Below are positions 1-13,814 of a stretch of 64,000 bases of DNA, one piece after another. The number at the start of each line of letters is the position of its first letter. Positions within the stretch are counted from its first letter, which is position 1. The notes under the pieces are model-generated. The model was given only the letters and a program-made list of their open reading frames with translations. It searched no databases and was not told the origin of the DNA. This DNA is from the human T2T-CHM13v2.0 reference genome, Homo sapiens. The stretch lies in assembly GCF_009914755.1 (NCBI RefSeq), contig NC_060932.1. One strand, written 5' to 3'. The position numbers were made by a program, and so were the translations under genes.

Positions 1-286
<286 letters not shown>

Positions 287-571
287 AGAAAAATAACATT
301 TTCTAAAACTTTATTCCTATGTTTGAACTCTCAAATGTTTCTGAATACCAACCCATCTGTTTTAAGTGACTACTACAATGGTTTTTGGCTTATGAGTGTG
401 GTTTTCATTGTCTGTTTTATGGCAGTGTAATACCAAACCTACAATACAAGAAAGGTCTCAAAGTAGAAGATGACTCATTTTAATTTGATTTACTAAAAAA
501 GGTGGATTAACTCATTTGTGTTTATAGGTGTTGCTATATATTAATGGAATCTTTTTTAAAAAGACAGCTGG

Positions 572-898
572 GGCCGGGTGTGGTGGCTCACACCTGTAAT
601 CTCAACACTTCTGGAGGCTGAGGCGGGCAGATCACTTGAGGTCAGCAGTTCGAGACCAGCCTGGCAAACATGGTGAAACCCTCCCTCTACTAAAAATACA
701 AAATTAGCCGGGTGCAGTGGTGGGCGCCTATAATCCCAGCACTGGGGAGGCTGAGGCAGGAGAATCGCTTGAGCCTGGGAGGCAGGGGTTGCAGTGAGCT
801 GCGATCACACTCCCTTCTGGACAACAAAGTAAGACTCTGTCTCAAAATAAATAAATAAACAACTGGAGACTGTGTCTGTAAATAAATAAATAATAAAT
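572..898 (+). mobile_element. Alu (AluS-like) with (AAAT)n tail
   Basis: GGCCGGGTGTGGTGGCTCAC...; TSD GACAGCTGG on both sides. Confidence 0.95.
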
Positions 899-1335
899 GA
901 CAGCTGGAAATTCCTTCTTTGAACATTAAATTATTAGTTGGAAATATTTCTATAATCTATATTACTGTTGTGGTTGCTACTTGGAATTTTTAACTTTTTA
1001 CATAAAGCAAAATGTAATTAAACCATCTCTCTAGTATCCAGCAAGCACAAACGCAGGAGAGCTTGCTAAGAATCAAATATCCCCTCTCCTTGCCAGGGCT
1101 AGGTCCTGAGGAGACACAGTTGGCTTGCTGACAAGTCTAGCTCCATATCATATTCTCACTTAAAACTTAGTCTAAAAAAAGTGAAAAACACATTTACCTA
1201 TATCAAGCTAGTGTGTCTACGTATGAAATTGTGGACATCGTTACAAATCACAATTTGTAGTCCAAATTGCCAGCCTTTCCCTCTATGAAATCATTCCTTG
1301 CCAATACAAATAGGAAGACAGAAAGTCATCCCTAC

Positions 1336-1466
1336 CTCCTGTTAGCATTTGTGAACATTTGCAAATACATTTGTCGTTGTCTCCATCCTTTGTGCTAAAA
1401 TCATTTCCTGGTTGGCTGATGCTGCTTATTTTGCCGGCTGTCCCTGTAAGTCCTTTAAGGTGAATC
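1336..1466 (-). CDS. ANGPT2: ANGPT2 exon 8 (fibrinogen-like domain, Ca-binding loop region)
   Basis: CTTACAG|GATTCACC...ACAGGAG|GTAGGG; IHLKGLTGTAGKISSISQPGNDFSTKDGDNDKCICKCSQMLTG; 131 nt. Confidence 0.98.
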
Positions 1467-2065
1467 CTGTAAGCGTGCAAAGAAAAAAAACACATTGGCT
1501 AGGGTCATTGATTTACCGTAGTGGCAAATTTTTTGTGATGAAGAATTCCATTCTACAGAAGCGTGTTCTGTACTCGTTAATGGACTAATGCATACTCTGG
1601 ACAAAATATTTTGCACTGGTATAAACAGGAACCAACTTATCATCAAATCCTTCAGCAAAGAGGGATGTTTTCATGAAACCTTCAACACATATCACTTGCA
1701 CAACTATCAGAAGCGACTGTAGAGCCCTGTAATTTATTTTCCTGCTGCTTTCAGATAAACAGAAGAGAAAGAAATGCAGCACCAGGCTCCTCCTCCCAGG
1801 TCTCCAGTCATCTTCCATAGAGACGGAGTCCTGAGACAACTGGGCAACCTCAAACATTATTTTCCGCAGGGGGCCCCGGGGGGGATGGAGAATGCAGCAG
1901 ACAAGGAATGGCCACTGAGTTTGGGGAAGAAATCTACAGAACGGTGCTGAAAATAAATCCTTGTGGCTACATTTCCTCATGTCTGTATAGTAGGGTAATG
2001 TAATTAAACTTTTAGACATTGAGAAAGGAACAAATGTCGGAGTAAGTTAGACACTATTTACAATA

Positions 2066-2502
2066 CAGACGATCCCTGACTTCCCATGGGGCTATGTTCT
2101 GATAAGCCCATTTTCTGTTGAAAATGTTGTATATTGAAAATGCATGGAATACACCTGACCTTTGGAGCATCATAGCTTAGCTCTGGCCTTCCTTAAATGT
2201 GCTCGGAACACTCACATTAGCCCACAGTCAGACAGAGCCATTTGGCAACACGGTGCACGCAGCGTCTGTTGTTCACCCTGGGGATCACAGGACTGACTGG
2301 GACCTGTGGCTCGCTGCCGCTGCCTGGCATCATGAGGGAGCATCGTGCCACATATCACTAGCCAGGGAAAGATCCAAATTTAAATCCCAAAGTGTAGTTT
2401 CTGCTGAATGCGTATCACCTTCACACCATCGTAAAGTCGAAAAATCTTAAGTTGAACCATTGTAAGCTGAATTGCAAAAATACGGCTTACATCGGTCATC
2501 TG
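2066..2502 (+). mobile_element. TcMar-Tigger DNA transposon fossil (Tigger5/MER47-like)
   Basis: TA-CAGACGATCCCTGACTT start; ...TGCGTATCACCTTCACACCATCGTAAAGTCGAAAAATC...CATCTG end, resembling MER47. Confidence 0.75.
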
Positions 2503-5500
2503 TGTACCAGCAAGGAGCATATAAGGGAAGGGAGAAGACAATATTTTTGAGGTTGTTTTTTCTTTTTTTTTTTTTTATTTTCCATAACTATGCTCAAGAG
2601 TTTCTGCTGCAAAGAAGCTTCTTGGCAGATGGTTCAGGACAGATCAGAGCAGGCATTCACGTAATGGGGTATGCCATGTTGGCACGTTGGGTCCTCACGT
2701 CCTGATGGAGAAACAGGCACACGAAGACCCAGGCGAGGAGCCTACAAAGCAAATCCTGCAATGGTGGCAGGAGAAGTGTACTTGAAGCACCAAGATGATG
2801 CCCTTCTTTGTAAAACCTGCTAATGTTTGCAAGCTGCCACATTGGAATAATATAATTTCTAACAGTTTGTATTGGAAGAATACAAAGAAGAGAGAAAATG
2901 TTCTTTTAGTTTTACCTGCTGGTCGGGCCAGGCCAGGTGCTTACACCTGCATGCACACTGGATGCTTATAACCACGTGCAGTGGTGGCCGCCATCTTTGT
3001 TTTGGCACTGAAAGTCACTGAGGTTCAGAGATATAAACTTGTCCGAGGTCAGACTCTTAAGTCATGGAGGTAGGATTTGCACCAGATGCAGCAAATGCCT
3101 CTGCCATGTTTCAACACTGGTGCACACCTAAACAGAGATGTTTGTTTGTTGAAGAAGTTGTGAAAAGATGAGGGTAGGGCCATGTGATGTGGAGTTCCGT
3201 AAGTGTTGCTCCTAAGTGACTTCAGTATTAAGGCAGCCCTAGAAACTTCATCCTAAGGCATGAACTGGACATGTGAGTCTCAGTATTTTCCCACACGTTT
3301 CAAAAGTGAGACTGGCCGTAGCTCAGTCTCTAAATGCCTGCTGCAAAATGCTAATGTCATAAATACTCATCTCTGTTGGGATTTTGAAACACTGTACTTT
3401 CTTTCCATTGTCTTCCCATTAATCATAGACAGGATTGAGATGAACCACTTCCCTTGCTTATCTTTTAACTCTCTCTTGTCTCCTTTGAACATGTTTAGTT
3501 CTCATGGAACTTGTTAAATTATCCCCAGAGGCAAGAAAAATAAGGGAGAATACTATTTTTTATGAGTCTCTGTTAGAAAGGTTTTGTGTAATTTTAGGTC
3601 CTTTTGTGGCCCACTGGTTTAAAGTGCTTTCTTTAAAATTTGGTTATTAAGAATGGCCATGTTCTTGAAGTTGCTTTACATTGGTATGGGTTGATTTTTT
3701 TTTTCAATCTCTGCAGCTTTGCCAGGGATGATTTTATATAACAGTGGAGTAAAGAGGTAACATCAACATTAACAATTAAACCTCAGTGTTATATAAAACT
3801 GCCAGAATGTGTGTGAAAAGTGATGAATTTTTAAGATTTAATGTACGCATAGCTTTTAGTTTTACTAGAAAGAATGAAATTCTATTGATGCATTTATGCA
3901 TTTCTTATAACATGTATATTCCAGTTTTCCAACACTTGGGGAACATTTCTTCTGGGAAAAAAAAATCCCTTACATGCTGCATACAACTGGCGTCTCAAAG
4001 CATTTGCAGTTATGAGAAGTTTCAGTCCCTTCACAGTTCTCTTATCATGCTAGCATCATGTTTTATTAGGATAATAATTTTCGATGTAATATCTATTTTA
4101 TCTTGCCAAGCAAATTAAGCTTTAAACCAATGTGTGTGTTTTTCTAAATGGCCTATCCAAAAATTGATTGCATTTCTAAAAGAAATATCTGTTAAGAACC
4201 ATCTCAGTTTAAAATATTTTTATAATGTCAGCATACAAGGGTAATGACCCATTTTGTAAAAATCTTCTTATACAAACAGCCTAATCCTTAATTTTTGTGC
4301 TTCTTTTTTTTTTTTTTTAATTCTTCTGTTGTAGATTCCTAACTGTTGCCAGTTGAAAAAATATTTAACTTGGAGGTAAAACACTGACCAACCACTTGTG
4401 TCTCAAAATTCATTGAAGTTTTGATCTCTTTGGAGTCAAGTTGGAACTGCTGTGAGGCCCAAACACCTATCTTCTCATTCATCTCGGTTGTTGCCTCTCC
4501 AGGAGAGCCTGATCTTTCCATAATGAGAATAGTGAATATGCTTCACTGATGTTTAAAGAGTCACATCCATGTATATCTGTTTCTCAAACATGCTTCTGAA
4601 TTTTCATCCACTGTTTGTACAGCAGGACATACTGGGCATTGTAGAGTTTTCAGTTGGTTGTTCAGGCAACTTGACATTTAGCCGCTTCTCCGTGCTGCCC
4701 ACCACAATCCTCCCCTGGGCAGCCTGCTCAAGGACTTTAACATTGTGTCTCCTTTCAGACTGTTCAGGTCGTGGAGCGGAGTGTCTGACTTGGGCATTAA
4801 TGAGATGAAGATGAGACTGTAGGTCAGATGATGACTGTTTTTGTGATGTTCGTGTTGACCTTCATTTGCTAATTTCTGACCTCAAAGTGGGTATTTCATA
4901 ATGTGTGCTCCATGATCACGAGGCGCCAGCAGTCTGTGCTCTTTAGACTCCTTTAGGCTGGCGTTGGTGCCAGTGGGCACACAGTCTCACGTCTTTGCCC
5001 CTACCGTTGCACACACATTTCGGAGTGCCTCTATGTGCCTTGTGTACCAGCATTACTGTGCATGTGGCTTCACCGTACTTATCTTGCACACTAGGTTGTC
5101 AAGTCCCATTGCTGTTCTCTCTCTCTACTCTCATGGCATTTTAGAGGCAGAAAGTAAATTCCCAGTCAAGGTTGCCCATGCTATTACTTATGATTATTGC
5201 TACCAAATGGGTGAGGACAAGGTAAACACCCAGGGAATGCTGTGAATCTGATGTATTTCCTGTAGAGGAGAGCAGAGTTGACTAACCATCCCACCTAACT
5301 CTGCCATCTCTAAACTTGACAACTAATCTTGACTTTGAGATTGAAGACAATTGAATGTGTTTAAACTTCATAAAGACAGACTAACTTTTGAAACCTTTTG
5401 GAATAAAACAGCACAGTCACAAGTATCCATCATTTATGCTATTCATGTGACATATTATCATGGGAACACTTACTATTCACTGATTTTACAAATACCTATG

Positions 5501-5666
5501 AAAGCCAATTATCTACCAGGCAGAGTTCTTCTAGGCTTTGAAGATACACAGTAAACACAATGGACAAAATACTGTTTGTATGAAGTTTCTTTTATATTGT
5601 TATAACCAAAGTTAGAATTTTAAACCCAGAGAAACTTAAAGAAGTAATAGTTTAGATCTTGGTTAA

Positions 5667-6035
<369 letters not shown>

Positions 6036-6080
6036 ACAAATCTTTTAATTTTTTCTTTCAATTACCATGAACTCACTTAC

Positions 6081-6247
6081 CTATAATTGAGTTCTTCACT
6101 TGAGAGATAGAAATGTTCATACAATGAGTAAGCCTCATTCCCTTCCCAGTCTTTAAGGTGTATTTTAAGCACATAGCGTTGCTGATTAGTCAGTTGCGAA
6201 ACAAACTCATTTCCCAGCCAATATTCTCCTGAAGGGTTACCAAATCC
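6081..6247 (-). CDS. ANGPT2: ANGPT2 exon 7 (fibrinogen-like domain)
   Basis: TTACAG|GGATTTGGT...TTATAG|GTAAGT; GFGNPSGEYWLGNEFVSQLTNQQRYVLKIHLKDWEGNEAYSLYEHFYLSSEELNY; 167 nt. Confidence 0.98.
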
Positions 6248-6604
6248 CTGTAATGCAAGTTGTTAAATTCAATTATTTCATGTAATTTTTTCTTTGTATA
6301 TTTGAAGTGGATAGTCCGTCAACTTAACATAGAATAACTATCAAATAGCAGAAATTCCTTCTGGTGCTGTGACAATTTAGGGTCCTTCCCAAAGGAAAAT
6401 GGATTTTAAATAGGTCAGTTATTAGACACTAAGCTGCTGCTGGAAGAAAACTTGTATTAGGATAATGAGAACTACTTGGGGAGCCACCAGCAGAAGCCTT
6501 GGCATAAACAGCTCAGTTCATGGGAATGTGAAGCACCATTAAACAGTCGGCTTACCAAAAAAATGCTGAGTCCACCTTTAAAAATAAGCTAAGTAGTGGC
6601 AGCC

Positions 6605-6890
6605 TTGTTTATTTGAGAGTCTTACTCTGTTGCCCAGGCTGGAGCGCAGTGGTGTGATCTTGGCTGACTGTACCCTCTGCCTCCCAGGTTCAAGCGATTC
6701 TCCTGCCTCAGCCTCCTGAGTAGCTGGGATTACAGGTGTGCACCACCACACCTGGCTAATATTTGTATTTTTAGTAGATACAGAGTTTTGTTATGTTGGC
6801 CAACTGGTGTCAAACTCCTGACCTCAGGTAATCCATCTGCCTCGGCCTCCCAAAGTGCTGGGATTACAGGCGTGAGCCAGCACGTCTGGC
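6605..6890 (-). mobile_element. Alu (AluS-like) in intron 6
   Basis: Alu consensus; TSD-like GCAGC(C/T)TT. Confidence 0.93.
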
Positions 6891-7079
6891 TGCAGCTTTT
6901 GTTTTGATACAGTTGACCTTATATTGGCCATTCTTTAAAGGGGAGACTGAAGCACCAATTTTAAAAACCATGTCAAAAGTCATTGGTTAGTTTAGGATTG
7001 GTGGTTAAGGTTCCGCAGATCTTGAAAGCTATTTTTCACAAGGGAAATTCTTTCCTGATGCCTTAAAGAATGTCCTTAC

Positions 7080-7181
7080 CACTTTATATTCTTTCCAAGT
7101 CCTCTGAAAATCAACGCTGCCATCCTCACGTCGCTGAATAATTGTCCACCCGCCTCCTCCAGCTTCCATGTCACAGTAGGC
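7080..7181 (-). CDS. ANGPT2: ANGPT2 exon 6 (fibrinogen-like domain)
   Basis: TTTGCAG|GCCTACTGT...AAAGTG|GTAAGG; [34 protein letters not shown]; 102 nt. Confidence 0.98.
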
Positions 7182-10069
7182 CTGCAAACAGGAATGCAGG
7201 GTATAAGTGACAGAGCCCCCCCACTCCCCCCTTACGTAGCAGAAGCAGGAGGAATGTAGACCCTGAGTGCAGGACTCAGCCGAGAGGGTTCTCTGGGATA
7301 TAAGGCACGGAGTAGACCATCGGGGTTGTCTAAGAAACAGATGGTTTCAAATAAATTGAAAGTGGTGGATTAAAATGATGGTGAAACATAAACAGTAATA
7401 TAATATAAAGTGTTGATGAGAATATGACTCACTTGTCATCATCTGTTCCAGGCTAAGGACCCCACCCTGATGGCTGGCCCAGAGATTGCTGTTTTTTTTG
7501 AGATTCATTATGAATGGCACATTTTGGCAGATTGGCCCCGAACCCCACATCTCCATCCTGTAGAAAACCATTGACTTGTGTTCACAGCCTTGAAACCTTT
7601 CACTAAATGCCAGCCCCTGCCACCTCCACAGAGAGCTATGTGAAGGGGATACTCTTTGATCATAGGGTTTGGAGGACTCCTGTTACGTTCTCGTACTGTG
7701 GGGCTGTTTGGCTTCCTTTATGTGCAATACTAATCAGATTTTTTGGTTCACATCTGAGCACAAGGGCCTTGAGGCTCCAGTGTCCTGGTGCAAGGTGTGT
7801 GACCTGGGCTTGGCTTAGCACCTTGGCCTCAAGGGCATGACTTCACGTTTCTCTGTATATAGCTCACTGCCCACAGTTTTTCTCTAAGCAACTCTTTTTA
7901 TTTCTGCTCTTAAACTGGCTCTGTGGGTTTAAACTTTGGCCAGAACACAGAATTCTTTCTTAAGCTAAGCGCATGCATGCTCAATTTCAACTCAGCTGGA
8001 GTTTTATTATGAAATTAAAAACCCCTGAAAATAAGATTACATAAATAGTTTTAAATAATAAAGATTACAGTAGAACGAAACATGTTTTCCAGAAAGTAAG
8101 ATAAATTTTCTGCCACATACAAGGTAGGAAATATTGAAGTTAAGGTTCAAAACCAATTGTAAATATTCTTCTTGTGTTGTGTCCCATGGTGTTTTTGAGA
8201 ATAATGGAGGCGATTTGGCAGGGTAAGCTTCAACGCACACTGTTCTCTGTTTACGAGTTAGAATCCTAAAGAGGAGAGCGAAAAGAGAACCAAGAGAGTG
8301 CTATTCCTGTTCTTTCATTTCCTACATGAGGAAAGAGGGGTGCAGAGGAAGTGCAGTGGCTGCCTGATGCCTCATTGCCAGTGCAACCAGAGAACTGTCC
8401 CTGGAACAGCCTGGTCTGCAGGGGACTTCTCCCCAGCATGGTTCTGGTCTCTCTCCAGGAAGGTCACCCAGCTCGTATTGCCTTCCCCAGTGGCACTCAT
8501 GTTTGGAAACATAGGTGCCATTAATGAAAGTTACATTTATTAAGAAGAAAATTATTTCCTCATTTTAAATTAATCTGATGTAGAAAATCAGTCTGCACAA
8601 GCTAACCCCTTGTTACCGCTCTGTATTGCTATGATTTTTATTATCATTGCTACACACCACTCTCATCCAAGTACTCTGCCAGATACTTTGTGTATATTAT
8701 CTATAATCTCACAGCAACTCTGCTGTAGTATCATAATTCTGCATTTTTGAAAGGAGAAAAGATTTAGCAAAGTTCGATTTTGATCAGTTACTCACCTTCT
8801 AAGTGATATATAGGATTTGAATAAGGTCTCTTTGATTCCTGTTATGTTTTTTTTCCACTGACATCATGCTGCCAAAAACAGAGAAACCTGACCCTTTGGT
8901 AAATAGGCCAAAAGTCCCTCAACACAGTTCCAAGTTTAAATCAGTTCATGAATAATACTGCCTCTTATTTGCCTGCAGTCAACAAAATGGTCAGTGCTGC
9001 TCACTTCTATCAATATTTCTTTTTAAAAATCTATTTCATAAACCAGCTGAATAAGCTACTTTGGTTTGAGGATTCATGTACATATATTGAAGTTAATTCT
9101 GTATCCTAAATGGTATGCTCTTGGGTTGAAAGCATTGATGTGGCTCTTGGTGAGCCTATCCTTGTTCCAAGAATGTTTGATTCTTCAGTGTCAAAATTAC
9201 TGCTATGAAGTTACCAGTACTTAAATACATGTTCTGTCTTGTTCAGAGAACAAGTTTATCTTGTTATGGAAGTCAGAGGCAAAACTCTTAAATGTCTGAG
9301 AGTCACTGCCAGCACATAAATGATTTGAGCCATATGAGTATTCGCTTTGATTCCATTAGTGATGATGATAAGGTTATTAGAACATTTTCTTAGTACTTCA
9401 TCCAGGTTTTTAGAAAAAAGAACAGAGGATTTGTAAAAACTGGAGTATTATGGTTAATTGGACTATAAAACTTGCAGAGAAAGATAGTGTTCAAATAGAG
9501 TTATCTACCCAGCCAGAAGATACTGAGTAAAAGTGCTGAAATTGATTATATCAGGATCAGCAAAGCAGAAGTCCTCAGATACTTCCCAAGACCTTACCAC
9601 TCCAATTACAACAAACCTAAGGGCAGTTAATATCTTTAATCTGTCCACTGGTGCACGGTGCAGGAACCTGATATCTTTCTATAAAGCTTGATGTTTTTCA
9701 GCAAATAATACTTGACTTGCTTCAACTCTGAGGCAATGATTAAGTGACGGGTTAAATAGCAAACCATAGAGACAACCGTTAGGAGTCAGGTGTCCTGTGA
9801 AATTTAGGGAAGGAAATGACCATACATGCTTTTGATAAATGCCATCTTGCAGTCTCTCTCTCGTAGAAGAACCAAATGAATTTTTCAAAACTAAAGCTGC
9901 AGTATTTTGGCCTTTCAGGAAAAGATCTGCTCAAAGACCAATTGAACATTCTTTTCTTGAATTAGATAAATGAGTGCAGAATTGGGTCTCCTGCCAGGCA
10001 GAGAAGTTGTCTGGTAGTCTTTGAAGGCAGTGAAAATGGTGACCACTACCATTTACTGTCCCAAGTTCT

Positions 10070-10220
10070 ACCCCAGGGGCTGTCCCTGTGTTGTCACAAC
10101 CCCCAAGGCTGAGGGTATCATTGTTCTGTTACAGATGGGGAAACTGAGCTCTCAGAAAGGTTAAATGACTCGCCCAGAGCCACAAATGGCAGAGCTAGAA
10201 TTTACATCCAAGTCTGTCTA
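10070..10220 (-). mobile_element. MIR
   Basis: TTACAGATGGGGAAACTGAGCTCTCAGAAAGGTTAAATGACTCGCCCAGAGCCACA core. Confidence 0.75.
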
Positions 10221-11586
10221 TCTCTCCCTGGATCAGATTGTGACTTACAGAGTCTTAAGTCTGGAAGGGAATTTAGAAGTAACAATTGACACCACTTATT
10301 TTTCAAGATGAGAAAATTGAGGTTTGTGAAAGCTTATTGTTCCCTGCTGTGTAAATGAGTTTCTTTTACTGCAAATGTTTAAAGGGAATATAAATCCTAA
10401 TGTTTCCAACCATGACCTGAGGCTCATATAATCCCAGAGTACTATATATTTTCATCTTTCTGCAGAATATTTCAGTTATTCTGGGGGCCATGGGGTGGGA
10501 CAGTGCACTGGGGTGGGAAGCTTGCACTTAGACTGAGAAACATAGATGAAACAATGTGATGGGGCTGCATGGTTAGCGGCTGTCCCCCTGCATCGGTGTC
10601 CATGGCATCCCCATTTCACATGCATCCTCTGTCCCCCCTCTTGACACTCCTGTCCCCAGGCCAAGAACACGCCAACATCTGGTGACAGACAATGGCATGC
10701 ACAGAATTGTCATGAAAACCAGATAGCAAAAGAGATTGAAAGGCTTAGCCTAGAGTCTGTTCGTTGCCTTTTCATCTGCAGCAGACTGTGTTGTTTGTGG
10801 GTTTGTTCCCTTCCTTCCCTGTTGTATGGCTTCTAGGGCGTTAGGGACATTAACTAATTTTCAGGGTTGATTTAACACAGCATTAATGAATTAGAAAGGT
10901 TTCTTTGGAAAGCATTATGTTGAATAGCACAATATTTATCTTTTCCGTTCATAATCAAGATACATGTTACTGTTTCAAGTTCCAGGTCTTTAAAACCCTA
11001 ATGCTTGTATTTTTAAAGTGTTTTTCTTTGATACTGTTTTAAATACTTAGGATAATACTCAATTTAAAGAGATAATACTTCCAAGAGCCTCGAAAATTTC
11101 CACTTTGGTACAGTATCCACTGTATTCTCTGTAGTTATTTGTGTTGGTTCAATATGTAGCTGCTTTTACATTTATATGCAAACATATTTATAGACATTTA
11201 ATATATACAGTTATCCAGTAGTTACATAACACTTCACCACACTGATTCTCCTGTAATATCATTCTTCCCTATCAAATGTTTAAGAGAAGCCACATTGAAA
11301 TATTCTCCGGAAGGGTTTTTTTTTTTCCTTATCTAAAGTTCAGTGTCTCCCAAAGCACCTTCAGGAGTCAGGCTCTCTGAGTGAGGCTGCAGAACTAGGA
11401 ATGACTGAGGTAAGCTGTGTTGTGGCTTTGCCTGCTGTGAGTACTGACTGTCCACTCACGTTACATGCAGTAATTGGACATATGCCTTGAAGTGAACTCC
11501 GCTGCTGGAGAAGAAAATGAACACTGTCTTTATGGTGTGTTTCGAGTCTTCCAGACTGCGTTAGATGAGGTTAGAATCGCCTTCCC

Positions 11587-11995
11587 CAGCGGTTCTCATG
11601 GTGTGGACCTCAGAATCCTGCGTGTCCCTCAGACCATGTCACCAAGTCCACAGGTTGAAACTGTTTTCACGATGCTAAGACACCACCGGTCTGTGGCACT
11701 GTGTTAGCGTTTGCTCAGATAGAGCAAAAACCATGGTGGGTAAAACTGCCACCATCCCCATGTGAGGCAGGGCAGCGGTAGCTAACTGTACAAGTCACTA
11801 TGCAGTCACACACAAAAAAGAAAGGAACAATAATATCACTGAAAAATGACTTTGACACAGCAGTAGAAATTATTAATTTCATGACACCTCTATGGCTGAT
11901 GCACTATGGTTGTTCAACCTTCAGTTTTTGGAAGATACTTTCTTTAAGGAAATGAGTCTGACACCTCAGGAAAAACAACTGACAGTATGCATTAT
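11587..11995 (+). mobile_element. hAT-Charlie1-like DNA transposon fragment
   Basis: CAGCGGTTCTCATGGTGTGG terminus; GCAAAAACCATGGTGGGTAAAACTGC; CTCAGGAAAAACAACTGACAGTAT. Confidence 0.7.
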
Positions 11996-12267
11996 TCAAG
12001 CAAAATGCAAGGAGAATGTATTTCTTGCCGAAGATAAGATAGACATTTCTACATCATTCATATGCAGCTTTTGTATTTTCTGCACAGCAGCGGCACTTAG
12101 AGCCCTTGGCAAGCACTCTAGGCGAGGTAGCTGCCCAGTAACTATGGCTTTGTACTGTGTGAGGCTGGGGAAGATCTTTGGGGAGAGACTTCTGCTCTCT
12201 GGTTCCTCACTCACTAAAGTGGCCTGCCTAGAGCCAGGGAGTTAGTAAGGGGAGACGAATACCTCAC

Positions 12268-12398
12268 CTTGATCTCTTCTGTAGAATTAGGGAATGTTAA
12301 CGTGTAGATGCCATTTGTGGTGTGTCCTGATTTGAATACTTCAGCACAGTCTCTGAAGCTGATTTGTTCTTCTTTAGCAACAGTGGGGTCCTTAGCTG
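12268..12398 (-). CDS. ANGPT2: ANGPT2 exon 5 (linker and start of fibrinogen-like domain); alternative acceptor at 12395
   Basis: TTTAAAAG|CAG|CTAAG...ATCAAG|GTGAGG; (A)KDPTVAKEEQISFRDCAEVFKSGHTTNGIYTLTFPNSTEEIK; 131 or 128 nt. Confidence 0.98.
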
Positions 12399-12865
12399 CT
12401 TTTAAAAAATAGTAAGGCATTTAAACGGAGTTCATGAAAAGACAAAGACTTGTTATTTCAAGAGCCAATCATTTGGTGAGTTTTATTACTTTGGAATTCT
12501 TAAGTAAGCAAAAGGCTGTACCACTTTTTTAACCTTTCTAGAAAGTTTCCTTTCAGCCTGTTTTCTTCTTAATTCTCAAAAGATTAATACTTACTTTTTG
12601 GTCATTAATTCCATGTAATTAAAATACTTCAAATAATCCAAACTTCCTTTGCTGATGATCAATTACATGTAATGAAAGTACTTCACAATCACATAAATTA
12701 AATTATTACTTTTGAAGATCTTTCATCTTGAGCAGAATAGGGTAAACTTAGTATGGAAGAATTTAAAAAGAATGTCCCTAAACACTGTTATCTGTATCAT
12801 GACCCCATTGCCTGCCCCTTCAGGCCATTATCCCACTGAGGACATAGTGGGGTGCAGTGACACAT

Positions 12866-13099
12866 CTCAGCTTACCGCATCCTCCTCCTCCCAGGTTTAA
12901 GTGATTCTCCTACCTCAGCCTCCCAAGCAGCTGGGATTTCAGGTGCCCACCACCAAGCCCAGCTAATTTTTGTATTTTTAGTAGAGACAGGATTTCACCA
13001 TGTTGGCCACGCTGGTCTCCAACTCCTGTCCTCAAGTGATCTGCCTGCCTCAGCCTCCCAAAGTGCTGGAATTAGAGGCGTGATCCACCACACCTGGCC
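12866..13099 (-). mobile_element. Alu, truncated
   Basis: Partial right arm and full left arm. Confidence 0.9.
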
Positions 13100-13581
13100 C
13101 TTCCCTCCAATATATAAGAGACGCTGCAAAGTGAAACAATAATAAGGAAGGCAAAATGTGCTTAAGAACCTGGCAAGATAAGGGAACTAGCATCTCTTAA
13201 GTGCCATTGTATTATCTCATTTAATCTTAATGGCCATCCCATGGGTCTGATATTATTTTTCCCATGTAAAACCTAAATAAATGAATATCAGCTGTGGTTT
13301 AGTAATTTGCCCAGTCTCATCCTTCTAATTAATGATGGAACTAACTAAAAGTAGGCTCTTTACTGCCATGAATCAAAAGTATGCTTGGGGTGTTTGCTTC
13401 ATAATAATTAGTATAACATATATTTCCCCTTCTCTTCTTCCTTCATTTTAATTGGTAGATATTTCATATGAAATATATGAGAAATAGCGCCTTTTCTGAA
13501 AGGTGAGAATTTTTTAGTCTTTTGAGTGTTTTACTGACTAAAGGTTATTAACGCTGAAGAAAGCATGATATGTAAACTTAC

Positions 13582-13814
13582 AGTTTGATGTGGACATCAT
13601 AGTCAGTAAGTTATTAACTGTCTCCATGAGATCATGTTGCTGCTTTTGAAGAACTGAATTATTCACCGTGGCAGTCACTATTTTTTTTTCTAGTTCTTCA
13701 ATGATGGAATTTTGCTTGGATACTAACACCTGTAGCTGATCTTTCTCTTCTTTTATTGACTGTAGTTGGATGATGTGCTTGTCTTCCATAGCTAGCACCT
13801 TCTTTTCTAGGAAA
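13582..13814 (-). CDS. ANGPT2: ANGPT2 exon 4 (coiled coil)
   Basis: TTCCTTACAAG|TTTCCTAG...AAACT|GTAAGT; FLEKKVLAMEDKHIIQLQSIKEEKDQLQVLVSKQ...MSTSN; 233 nt. Confidence 0.98.

Noticed and set aside
11892-12245. 117-aa plus-strand ORF
   Set aside because: N-terminal part is a decayed Charlie transposase remnant; the rest is intronic, with no intact transposase
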